Positions 1 to 7,488 of a stretch of DNA of 57,344 bases are shown here, piece by piece. Numbering within the stretch: position 1 is the first letter of the stretch; each line of letters opens with the position of its first letter. The DNA is from Anaerolineaceae bacterium (lineage in GTDB: Bacteria > Chloroflexota > Anaerolineae > Anaerolineales > Anaerolineaceae). The notes under the pieces are model-generated. The model saw only the letters and a list, made by a program, of their open reading frames with translations, did no database searches and was not told the DNA's origin. The position numbers were made by a program, and so were the translations under genes. The stretch lies in NCBI GenBank assembly GCA_036825755.1, contig DAISXR010000004.1, forward strand, positions 1 through 57,344. Direction: 5' to 3'.

Positions 1-56
1 TCCCGGGAGGTCTATCTACCTCAAGAGGGATGGGAGGTGGTTAAGATAAGTGTTCC

Positions 57-905
57 GTGCTGGCACACTTCATCCAGGCGGATACGATTATGCCAGATCC
101 AGAAGCTATATTTTCGTATGACCGGTATGCCTATGTAAATTTCAACCCAATCCTAAATGATGATCCATCAGGACATTGTGTCATGTTCTGCGGTGGAGGT
201 GGTGCAGGTAATCCTAATCAAATCAGTAATCCCACGCCTTGGTGGGTCTTTCCATTGTCTGCTTTATCGGATAGCCTCTTGAGTATTGCCGATCCAACTC
301 GAAATCCAAGGACGGCAACATTCCATAACGCATTTTGGAGTGGCGTCAATGCGTGGAAAGATGTAGGAACCATGAGCGCAACCATAATCAACTATACTGC
401 TTCAGCAATTAATGACCAACGATGGGAAGACGCATCCCGAGGTGCAACTGGAATAGTTACTGGTGCACAAACCTTATCTCTTGTTCCAGTAACTGTAGGT
501 TTCGAGATAGTAAAAGGGTTAGTGACTACTCCCGTGAGAATATTTAGCAGTGATATCCCTGAATTTGTAGGCGCCATAAACGAAAGACAGAATGGACAAG
601 ATAGGTTTTGGGATGTATTATTCACTGGGTCAAATTTATCTGGTGATTTAATCGCTTTATATGGCCTAGGTAAAGGAGCTTCTCAAGTGGAGAGTTTTGC
701 AGAAGCTGGGCGGGAAATTAAGTTAAGTGATGATGTGAGAGTAGCGCCATTCGGAAATCGAACTGGTAACCCACTGGGAGAACTCCCTCATTATCACAGA
801 AGAGGCTTAGACACACATGGAGAAACTATACCGGGACAAGGGATTGGAAGACATCGACCTTGGGAAATAAGAAGAACGGATCAATCATTTTGGGATAGGT
901 GGTAA
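57..905 (+). CDS. Rhs/YD-repeat polymorphic toxin, C-terminal tip only (core-end motif plus variable toxin domain of unknown type)
   Basis: The N-terminus reads LAHFIQADTIMPDP...YDRYAYVNFNPILNDDPSGH, which matches the conserved end of the Rhs core (GRFxSxDP...NxYxYxxNNPxxxxDPxG). About 240 aa with no recognisable catalytic motif follow, ending PHYHRRG...GQGIGRHRPWE. An in-frame TAA at 42-44 means this frame does not continue upstream. Confidence 0.6.
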   Translation: MLAHFIQADTIMPDPEAIFSYDRYAYVNFNPILNDDPSGHCVMFCGGGGAGNPNQISNPTPWWVFPLSALSDSLLSIADPTRNPRTATFHNAFWSGVNAWKDVGTMSATIINYTASAINDQRWEDASRGATGIVTGAQTLSLVPVTVGFEIVKGLVTTPVRIFSSDIPEFVGAINERQNGQDRFWDVLFTGSNLSGDLIALYGLGKGASQVESFAEAGREIKLSDDVRVAPFGNRTGNPLGELPHYHRRGLDTHGETIPGQGIGRHRPWEIRRTDQSFWDRW

Positions 906-907
906 AC

Positions 908-1285
908 ATGAGTATAACTCCACCAATAATTGTTTATGATCAGGGAGACCTCACAATATTTTCATCTATTGAAGCGGCTGAAAAGCATTTAGAGCCGATA
1001 GATATTTCAATACTAGAAGTGTTTGATGGCCATGCTAAAAGATTAGCATTGACTTCAAAGAAAATCGAGAAAAAAATCTTAGGTATTAGAACAATAATTG
1101 AGGTAGTCGAGATTATCGACACTGATAATAATGAAATTGACCAGGAAAAATTGAGGAAGATAATTATCAGCTTTCTCTTGGAAGTAGGTACTTCCCAGTC
1201 AGGACGATTCACGAACGAAAAATGGGATCAATTAACAATGGAGGATCTAGTCAACAAAGCCTCCGAAGTCGCTATGGCGAGATAG
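908..1285 (+). CDS. Putative cognate immunity protein (small, AT-rich, no recognisable domain)
   Basis: ATG at 908 lies 3 nt after the toxin stop (TAA 903-905) and 7 nt after an AGGTGG Shine-Dalgarno sequence. The ORF is 125 aa. Its position and size are typical of Rhs-CT/immunity pairs. The track ORF starts at GTG 899. Confidence 0.4.
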   Translation: MSITPPIIVYDQGDLTIFSSIEAAEKHLEPIDISILEVFDGHAKRLALTSKKIEKKILGIRTIIEVVEIIDTDNNEIDQEKLRKIIISFLLEVGTSQSGRFTNEKWDQLTMEDLVNKASEVAMAR

Positions 1286-1330
1286 TTCTGTAAATAATTC
1301 CTAATAATCCTTTTGATTCTGAGGTGCGTT

Positions 1331-1690
1331 CCGTGCCTGACTGAAGGACATCGGCCTGCTGGATGGTGAGGTACTCACCTACATCGACGATATTTAAGTC
1401 TCGTTGCTCTTACTGACCGCTGGTGACGGCATCCACAACGAGTGCAAGTACTATGCCTTTGGGAGCGCCACCGCAGGTGGCGCCACCGTGCCATGCGCGA
1501 GAATGACGTGCTCACCTGGCTCTTGACCGATCAGGTGAATTCCACCACGGTGACGGCCAGCGAGGACGGCACGCTTGCTTCGGAGATCAAGTACACCGAC
1601 TTTGGGGTCGCCACCGGAGGTGGCGATGAGGTCGCGCAACGGTGTATTGGTGACCGGCAACCGCTATGCAGGTCAGCAAGAACACTAGTT
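1331..1690 (+). pseudogene. Decayed rhs/YD-repeat fragments (multiple frames, stops)
   Basis: Different frames give LKDIGLLDGEVLTYIDDI*, ...KYYAFGSATAGG..., NDVLTWLLTDQVNSTTVTASEDGTLASEIKYTDFGVATGGG and GNRYAGQQEH*. These resemble the Rhs core pattern (LxDHLGSxxxxTDxxGxxxxxxxYxPFG ... TGQ). No intact ORF remains. Confidence 0.35.
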
Positions 1691-1727
1691 AAACCATTTT
1701 TGGCAGATACCTTGCCTTAATTCCCAA

Positions 1728-1772
1728 CCTCCTCATGGTTTATATCAATAACCGAATAAACCCATGAGGAGG
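1728..1772 (+). promoter_or_regulatory. Stem-loop that pairs an anti-SD (CCTCCTCATGG) with the SD of the DUF1257 gene
   Basis: 1728-1738 cctcctcatgg is the perfect reverse complement of 1762-1772 ccatgaggagg (11 bp). The stem extends by tt/aa with one bulged C, and the loop is about 18 nt. The right arm contains the GAGGAGG SD 8 nt before ATG 1780. Confidence 0.45.
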
Positions 1773-1779
1773 TATTTTT

Positions 1780-2199
1780 ATGTCCGCCTACAAAGAAATT
1801 CAAACTGAATTCCGCTCACTCAACAGCCTGCTTGATGCTCTTCACGATCTCGGCTTCACTGATGCCATGCTCCAAGTTGCCCCGGATCCCAAATTTGCCA
1901 CCCTGCCCATGTACGGGTACCAGGGCGACCAACGCCCTGAACGTGCTGGCGTTCGCATCCCCCGCGAATTCGTGGGAAGTGCGGCGAATGATGTGGGTTT
2001 CGCCTGGAATGGAGGTTGCTATGTGGCCATTATCAGCGAGTTCGACAGCTCACAGAATTTTACCGAAGAACGTGTCAACAAGCTGAAGCAACGCTATGCA
2101 CTTCACGAGGTGAAAAAGCAAGCGAAAATGAAAGGCTATTCTGTGCAGGAAGTGTCGCAGAATGACGGTTCAATCAGACTGGTATGCGTGAGGAGATGA
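1780..2199 (+). CDS. DUF1257 (Ycf35-like) family protein
   Basis: The 139-aa product follows the family pattern as I remember it: MSxxxxIxTxxxxLxxLxxALxDLGF, YxGxxR, DVGFxWNGxxY, LKQRYAxH, GSIRLVxxR. There is a strong SD. Confidence 0.75.
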   Translation: MSAYKEIQTEFRSLNSLLDALHDLGFTDAMLQVAPDPKFATLPMYGYQGDQRPERAGVRIPREFVGSAANDVGFAWNGGCYVAIISEFDSSQNFTEERVNKLKQRYALHEVKKQAKMKGYSVQEVSQNDGSIRLVCVRR

Positions 2200-2366
2200 C
2201 CATGTATACCATTACCTATGAAAACAACGCAGGAGAGCGTGAGTATGTGATGTATGGCGCTGGCAAGCCGTTGTTTTTTGATACAGCCGGTGAAGCCCTC
2301 TCTCTGGTCGAGGATGGGCTGTACGTGATATTACCCAGTGTGCAGGTTGAAGCGGAGGTGCTCTAA
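2196..2366 (+). CDS. Small hypothetical protein (about 55 aa) coupled between the DUF1257 and DUF2997 genes
   Basis: ATG 2196 overlaps the upstream stop (ATGA), and ATG 2202 is an alternative start 7 nt after GAGGAG. Its TAA stop overlaps the next ATG (TAATG at 2364-2368). Confidence 0.5.
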   Translation: MTMYTITYENNAGEREYVMYGAGKPLFFDTAGEALSLVEDGLYVILPSVQVEAEVL

Positions 2367-2560
2367 TGACTGGGAAAGCTCATTCAATAGAGATCACGAT
2401 CATGCCGAACGGCAAGATCAAAGGCGAGATCAAAGGAATCAAAGATACTGAGTGCGGTCCGCTCAGCAAGTGGCTTGACGAACTCGGCCGGGTCACGCTC
2501 GATAAGAAAACCCCGGATTGGTACAAACAATCAGATTATAATCTCACCAGCCGACGTTGA
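2366..2560 (+). CDS. DUF2997 family protein
   Basis: The 64-aa product has IEITIMPNGKIKGEIKGIKDTECGPLSKWLDELG...TPDWY, matching the DUF2997 pattern (IEFxIxPDGxVxxxVxGxxGxxCxxxTxxLExxLG...EYY). This family commonly partners with DUF1257. Confidence 0.7.
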   Translation: MTGKAHSIEITIMPNGKIKGEIKGIKDTECGPLSKWLDELGRVTLDKKTPDWYKQSDYNLTSRR

Positions 2561-2649
2561 CCCGTTACGATCCCCAACGAGTGCAAGCGGTACAAACAAA
2601 AAACCCCAAATCAAAATGATACGGGGTTTTGATGCTGCGTAAAATCAGG

Positions 2650-2722
2650 AGCGGGTGATGAGATTCGAACTCACGAAATGGTACCTTGGGAAGGTACTGC
2701 CTTACCACTTGGCGACACCCGC
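2650..2722 (-). tRNA. tRNA-Gly (anticodon CCC)
   Basis: The reverse complement is GCGGGTG TC GCC AAGTGGTAA GGC A GTACC TTCCCAA GGTAC ... GTGAG TTCGAAT CTCAT CACCCGC T. It has a 7-bp acceptor stem, a canonical T-loop and discriminator U as in Gly tRNAs. CCA is not fully encoded. Confidence 0.85.
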
Positions 2723-2733
2723 ACGTGAGGATG

Positions 2734-2762
2734 ATTATAGTAGCGGCCTGTCAGCCTGTCAA
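2734..2762 (-). promoter_or_regulatory. Consensus sigma-70-type promoter for tRNA-Gly
   Basis: On the minus strand: TTGACA (2762-2757), a 17-nt spacer, then TATAAT (2739-2734). The -10 element ends 11 nt before tRNA position 1. Confidence 0.55.
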
Positions 2763-2953
2763 GTTTTGCATGCACCTTGCCATAATGCGAGCTTTTCTTA
2801 ACAGTTTTAATGATCCCTTGACAACAAAATCATACCTAATCGGTATAAAATAGGGTATAGTTCGTTACTGTCTAAATAGAATGAAAAATCGATATAGTAT
2901 AATTCGTCGGTTCGCGAAGAACGAAATGTACTCCAAATTTAAAGGAGCTCACT

Positions 2954-4018
2954 TTGGCGTTTAATCCCTTAAACTGGCTTTTGGGTCTATTCTCCCTGGA
3001 TATCGGGATCGACCTGGGAACCGCAAACACACTCGTCAATGTACGAGGCAAGGGGATCATTATCAACGAACCCTCCTATGTTGCCGTAGATAAACGCACC
3101 CGCAGGCCGATTGCGATTGGCGTGCAGGCGAAAGAAATGGTTGGACGAACACCTGCCAACGTGCTGGCCGTTCGCCCGTTACGTGATGGTGTTATTTGTG
3201 AATTTGAGATCACCCAGGCCATGCTTGGCTATTTTATTGGCAAAGCCCATCAGCAGAGTATCGTCCCCATGCCTCTTCCCCGTGTGGTGATCGGCATCCC
3301 CTCCGGTGCCACCGAGGTGGAGAAACGGGCGGTCTACGACGCGGCCATGTCAGCCGGAGCGCGTGAAGCTTATCTGATCGAAGAGCCACGCGCCGCGGCA
3401 TTGGGAGCAGGTTTATCAGCCTCTGATATCCGGGGCAGCATGGTGATTGATATCGGCGGGGGTACCACCGAGGTGGCCATTCTCTCGATGGGCGGGATTG
3501 TGGTGTCCCGTTCACTGAGAGTGGCCGGTGATGAAATGGATCAGGATATCATCACTTATTTCCGCAATAAATACAATTTGTTTATTGGCGAGCGTATGGC
3601 CGAGCAGGTGAAGATGACTGTCGGCTCTGCTTACCCGCTCCAGACTGAAAAAACCATGACCATTCGCGGGAGAAACCTGATCACCGGGCTTCCCGAGGCC
3701 ATCGAGATCTCATCCGTGGAGGTTCGTGAAGCAATCTCCGGTTCCGTTCAGGTGATTATCGACACCGTCAAGGACGCGCTGGATGAAGCGCCGCCGGAAA
3801 TTGTCTCCGACTTGATCGAGGTGGGCATCACCATGGCGGGCGGCGGATCACAACTGCAGTCCTTCCCGGAGCGAATGACCGAGGAATTGAATTTGCGTGT
3901 CTGGCAGGCTGATGACCCCATGACGTGTGTGGCGCGCGGAGCCGGGCTGGTGCTGGAAGATCTTGAACGTTACGCCAGCTTCCTGGTTCCGGTAGAGCGT
4001 ACCACCACGCGGGCCTGA
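2954..4018 (+). CDS. mreB: Rod shape-determining actin homolog MreB
   Basis: DIGIDLGTANTLV, ATPase motifs (VIDIGGGTTEVA, MAGGGSQL). TTG start 7 nt after AGGAG. It heads the mreBCD-mrdA-rodA cluster. Confidence 0.95.
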   Translation: MAFNPLNWLLGLFSLDIGIDLGTANTLVNVRGKGIIINEPSYVAVDKRTRRPIAIGVQAKEMVGRTPANVLAVRPLRDGVICEFEITQAMLGYFIGKAHQQSIVPMPLPRVVIGIPSGATEVEKRAVYDAAMSAGAREAYLIEEPRAAALGAGLSASDIRGSMVIDIGGGTTEVAILSMGGIVVSRSLRVAGDEMDQDIITYFRNKYNLFIGERMAEQVKMTVGSAYPLQTEKTMTIRGRNLITGLPEAIEISSVEVREAISGSVQVIIDTVKDALDEAPPEIVSDLIEVGITMAGGGSQLQSFPERMTEELNLRVWQADDPMTCVARGAGLVLEDLERYASFLVPVERTTTRA

Positions 4019-4066
4019 TCAAACCTGCCAACAGGATTTCGTATCCGCATTATAATTTTCTGAAAT

Positions 4067-4909
4067 ATGAAAACGATCACAGGCCAATGGAAGTTGGCGG
4101 TCATTTTGTTTACCATCGCCGGGCTTTTACTGCTGGCGCTCAGCGGGTTTATGAGCTCCACGTTCAATGCTGCCATGGGGCCTGTGCTGTCGATTCAATC
4201 CTGGATTTCCAGCCGTTATCTGGCGGTGTATGAATTTTTGACCGTTCCGCGTGATGTGGCTACCCTGCGCCAGCGCAATGCCGAGCTGGAAAATGAGATC
4301 TCGGATCTGCAAAAGAAAAACATCGAACTGACGCAGCAGCTTGAGGAAGCCCAGGTGCTGTATGAGCTGCTGGATTACGCCCGCACCCAGTCCGAGAATG
4401 TTTACATCGCCTCGCCGATTATCGGACAGGATCCCAGTCCGTTTCTTCAATATGTGTTTATCAAACACGGCTCCGATCACGGCATACGTCACGGGATGCC
4501 GGTGGTAACACAGCAGGGCCTGGTGGGCAGGATCGATTCTGTCATTGCCGGGGCTGCCGGTGTTCAGTTGATCACCAGCGCTGACTCAGTGGTAAACGTG
4601 AGACTGCAAAACTCGGGTGAGGATGCCCAACTGATGGGGTCCATCACCGGCGATTTGACCCTGGAAATGATCCCGCAGGATATAGAAGTTCAACCGGGTG
4701 AGTTGATCCTCACGTCGGGCCTGGGCGGAAATTATCCCGGCGATATTCTGGTGGGGCAGGTGGTCAGCGTTCGTAAATCACCCGGTGACCTGTTTCAATC
4801 CGCTACCGTTCAACCGGCCGTCGATTTTTCCAGCCTGCGTACACTGCTGGTCATCACCAACTTCCGCCCGGTGGATACGACTTTACTGGTTCCCTCGGCG
4901 GGGGAGTGA
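4067..4909 (+). CDS. mreC: Rod shape-determining protein MreC
   Basis: N-terminal TM segment, a coiled-coil (LRQRNAELENEISDLQKKNIELTQQLEE), and C-terminal beta domains with the GLVGRI and TSGLGGxYPxGIxVG motifs. Confidence 0.9.
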   Translation: MKTITGQWKLAVILFTIAGLLLLALSGFMSSTFNAAMGPVLSIQSWISSRYLAVYEFLTVPRDVATLRQRNAELENEISDLQKKNIELTQQLEEAQVLYELLDYARTQSENVYIASPIIGQDPSPFLQYVFIKHGSDHGIRHGMPVVTQQGLVGRIDSVIAGAAGVQLITSADSVVNVRLQNSGEDAQLMGSITGDLTLEMIPQDIEVQPGELILTSGLGGNYPGDILVGQVVSVRKSPGDLFQSATVQPAVDFSSLRTLLVITNFRPVDTTLLVPSAGE

Positions 4910-4912
4910 GCC

Positions 4913-5416
4913 TTGATGGGATGGTTGATCGCTGTTCCCATTTTAGGTTTGCTGACAATCCTGCAAACGGCTGTCTTCAGCAATCTTCATATTTTGTATG
5001 GAACCGCAGATATCGTCCTGCTGACCGTCATTGCCTGGTCGTTGCAGGAGAAGGTCAGCAACGGTTGGTTTTGGGCCCTGCTTGGCGGGGGGATCCTGTC
5101 GATGATATCCGCCGTACCGCTGGCGCCATATCTGATTGGTTATTTTGTGATTGCTTTCTTCTGTCAATTTATTAAACGCAGGATCTGGCAGATCCCCGCT
5201 CTGGCGATGTTTTTTGTCACCACATTGGGAACCCTGCTGGTTCAACTGTTGTCTTTGGGAATTCTGGTGTTTATGGGAACAAGCCTTCAAATTGTGGAGA
5301 GCATCAACCTGGTGGTTTTGCCCAGTTTGCTGCTCAACCTTGTGCTGGCGCTCCCGGTCTATCTGTTTGTCTCCGATCTGGCAGGCTGGATATATCCCGT
5401 GGAGGCTGAGGCATGA
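4913..5416 (+). CDS. mreD: Rod shape-determining protein MreD
   Basis: Polytopic 167-aa membrane protein lying between mreC and mrdA. Its stop overlaps the next start (ATGA at 5413). Confidence 0.8.
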   Translation: MMGWLIAVPILGLLTILQTAVFSNLHILYGTADIVLLTVIAWSLQEKVSNGWFWALLGGGILSMISAVPLAPYLIGYFVIAFFCQFIKRRIWQIPALAMFFVTTLGTLLVQLLSLGILVFMGTSLQIVESINLVVLPSLLLNLVLALPVYLFVSDLAGWIYPVEAEA

Positions 5417-7476
5417 AAGGACCGCTTTCTACCAAAGTGCCGGTTGAGAACTGGCGCATCTACATGCTGTACGGCCTGCTTGTGCTTTTGTTTGTCTACT
5501 ATATGGCTGAGCTGTTCAAGTTTCAAATCATCGATGGCGAATCCTATCTGGCGCAGGCAGAGGAAAACCGGACCTCGGAGATCAGCGTACAAACCCAGCG
5601 GGGCAGTATTTATGACCGCAACGGGTATGTGCTGGCGCGTAATATTCCATCATACAATATCACCATCACCCCGGCGTATTTGCCCGCCGATGACGGCAGC
5701 ATTCAAGAAGTTTACCGGGAACTGTCGCAAATCATTGGTGTTCCGGTGAGCAACGGCGAAATCACTGATGAAACGGTGCGTCTTTTCAACGAGTGCGATA
5801 CCGATATGGGTATAACACAGATTGTATATATTCAGGACAGCCTGGCTCCCTATGAAGGCGTCTCCATCAAATGCGATGTGTCAGAAGAGATTGCCCTCAA
5901 GGTGCAGGAAAATTCGGATGACTGGCCTGGCGTTGGGGTGGAAATCATCCCGATCCGCGAGTATCCCACCGGTTGGATCACCTCTGAAATCATCGGGTTT
6001 CTGGGGCCGATCCCGGCATCACAGGAAGAGTACTACACCGATCGTGGTTTTGTGCTGAACCGCGACAAAGTGGGTTACGCGGGGATCGAAAGCTGGTTTG
6101 ATGAAGAACTGGGCGGCCTGAATGGAACGCGCGTGATCGAAGAAGACGTGGCAGGACAGTATATTCGGGATCTGGCTGAGCCGATTGACCCGGTGCCTGG
6201 GCAAAACATCGTCCTCACCATCGATACGCGCCTGCAGACAGCAGCAAAAACTGCCCTCATCAAAGAGATTCAGGACTGGAACACCTATCTGAACCAGACA
6301 CTATCTTCCAATGCGGTGGTTATTGCCATGAACCCAAAAACCGGCGAGATTCTGGCGCTGGTTTCGTATCCCACGTTTGAGAACAACCGCATGGCGCGTA
6401 TGATCCCGGCTTATTACTATGAGCAGTTGACCGCCGATCCGGATTTGCCGTTATTCAACCACGCTATCTCAGCGGAACATCCGCCGGGATCAGTGTTCAA
6501 GCTGGCCACCGCGCTGGGAATCGCCAATGAACACGTGTTGGAGCCGGATCAGAAAATTGAAGATAACGGAAAAATCACGGTGATGCAGCAATATTCACCG
6601 AACGACCCCGGTACCCCGCGTGATTATGTTTGCTGGGAAGATACAGGTCACGGAGAGGTTGATTTCCGGCACGCCATCTCGTTATCCTGCGATGTCTATT
6701 TTTACAAAGCGGCCGGCGGCTACAAAGATGAGGTGCCGGTGGGTCTGAATATCTGGCGCATGGGTGAATATGCGCGCGCGGTGGGGTATGGTGAGCCAAC
6801 CGGTATTGAACTGCCGGGTGAAGAAGCCGGTCTGATCCCCGACCCGGACTGGAAACGTGTATCTCAGGGAGAAAACTGGGCTACCGGTGATACCTATATC
6901 GCCGCCATGGGTCAGTCGTTTGTGCTCGCAACCCCGCTGCAGGTGCTTGTTTCTGCCGCGGTGATTGCCAATGACGGTAAATATATGAAGCCCACCTTGT
7001 TGCGTGAGATTCAGGACGCGGAGGGCAATGTGATCCAGCCTTTTACACCCACCCTGGTGCGCGATATCACCAAGGATCCCGTCATCGCGGAATATGATGA
7101 ACGGATGTTTACCACCGGTGAATTCAAGACTGTTGAGCCTTGGGTCATCGAACTGGTGCAGGAAGGAATGCGGATGACCGTGGAGGAAGGTGGTACGGCA
7201 GATGCCCAGTTTGCCGGGATGACTGTTCAATCCGCCGGCAAAACCGGTACAGCTGAGTACTGTGATGCCCGGGCAGATAAGAAAGGCCTGTGTAAATCAG
7301 GTCAATGGCCGGCTCACGCATGGTATGTGGGGTATGCACCCTATGATGACCCTGAAATCGCGGTGGTGGTGTTCGTTTATAATGGCACCGAGGGCTCCAC
7401 GGTGGCTGCCCCGGTTGCACGGAAAGTGATGGAAACTTATTTTGAACTTAAAGCGCTGGATTCAGGTCAGCAATAA
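5413..7476 (+). CDS. mrdA: Penicillin-binding protein 2 (elongasome transpeptidase)
   Basis: N-terminal TM segment and PBP dimerisation region. Motifs SVFK (GSVFKLATA) and KTGTA are present. The position is between mreD and rodA. Confidence 0.92.
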   Translation: MKGPLSTKVPVENWRIYMLYGLLVLLFVYYMAELFKFQIIDGESYLAQAEENRTSEISVQTQRGSIYDRNGYVLARNIPSYNITITPAYLPADDGSIQEVYRELSQIIGVPVSNGEITDETVRLFNECDTDMGITQIVYIQDSLAPYEGVSIKCDVSEEIALKVQENSDDWPGVGVEIIPIREYPTGWITSEIIGFLGPIPASQEEYYTDRGFVLNRDKVGYAGIESWFDEELGGLNGTRVIEEDVAGQYIRDLAEPIDPVPGQNIVLTIDTRLQTAAKTALIKEIQDWNTYLNQTLSSNAVVIAMNPKTGEILALVSYPTFENNRMARMIPAYYYEQLTADPDLPLFNHAISAEHPPGSVFKLATALGIANEHVLEPDQKIEDNGKITVMQQYSPNDPGTPRDYVCWEDTGHGEVDFRHAISLSCDVYFYKAAGGYKDEVPVGLNIWRMGEYARAVGYGEPTGIELPGEEAGLIPDPDWKRVSQGENWATGDTYIAAMGQSFVLATPLQVLVSAAVIANDGKYMKPTLLREIQDAEGNVIQPFTPTLVRDITKDPVIAEYDERMFTTGEFKTVEPWVIELVQEGMRMTVEEGGTADAQFAGMTVQSAGKTGTAEYCDARADKKGLCKSGQWPAHAWYVGYAPYDDPEIAVVVFVYNGTEGSTVAAPVARKVMETYFELKALDSGQQ

Positions 7477-7488
7477 GTACCTGCCGAT

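Noticed and set aside
1-138. An open frame running from the window edge (SREVYLPQEGWEVVKISVPCWHTSS...) that might be the end of an upstream gene.
   Set aside because: It has no recognisable motif, is truncated by the window edge and overlaps the Rhs-tip ORF. It cannot be evaluated without upstream sequence.
2600-2630. Possible terminator hairpin AAAACCCC...GGGGTTTT after the DUF2997 gene.
   Set aside because: The GC core is only 4 bp and the loop is 15 nt, which is too weak to call. It may still contribute, together with the convergent tRNA-Gly.
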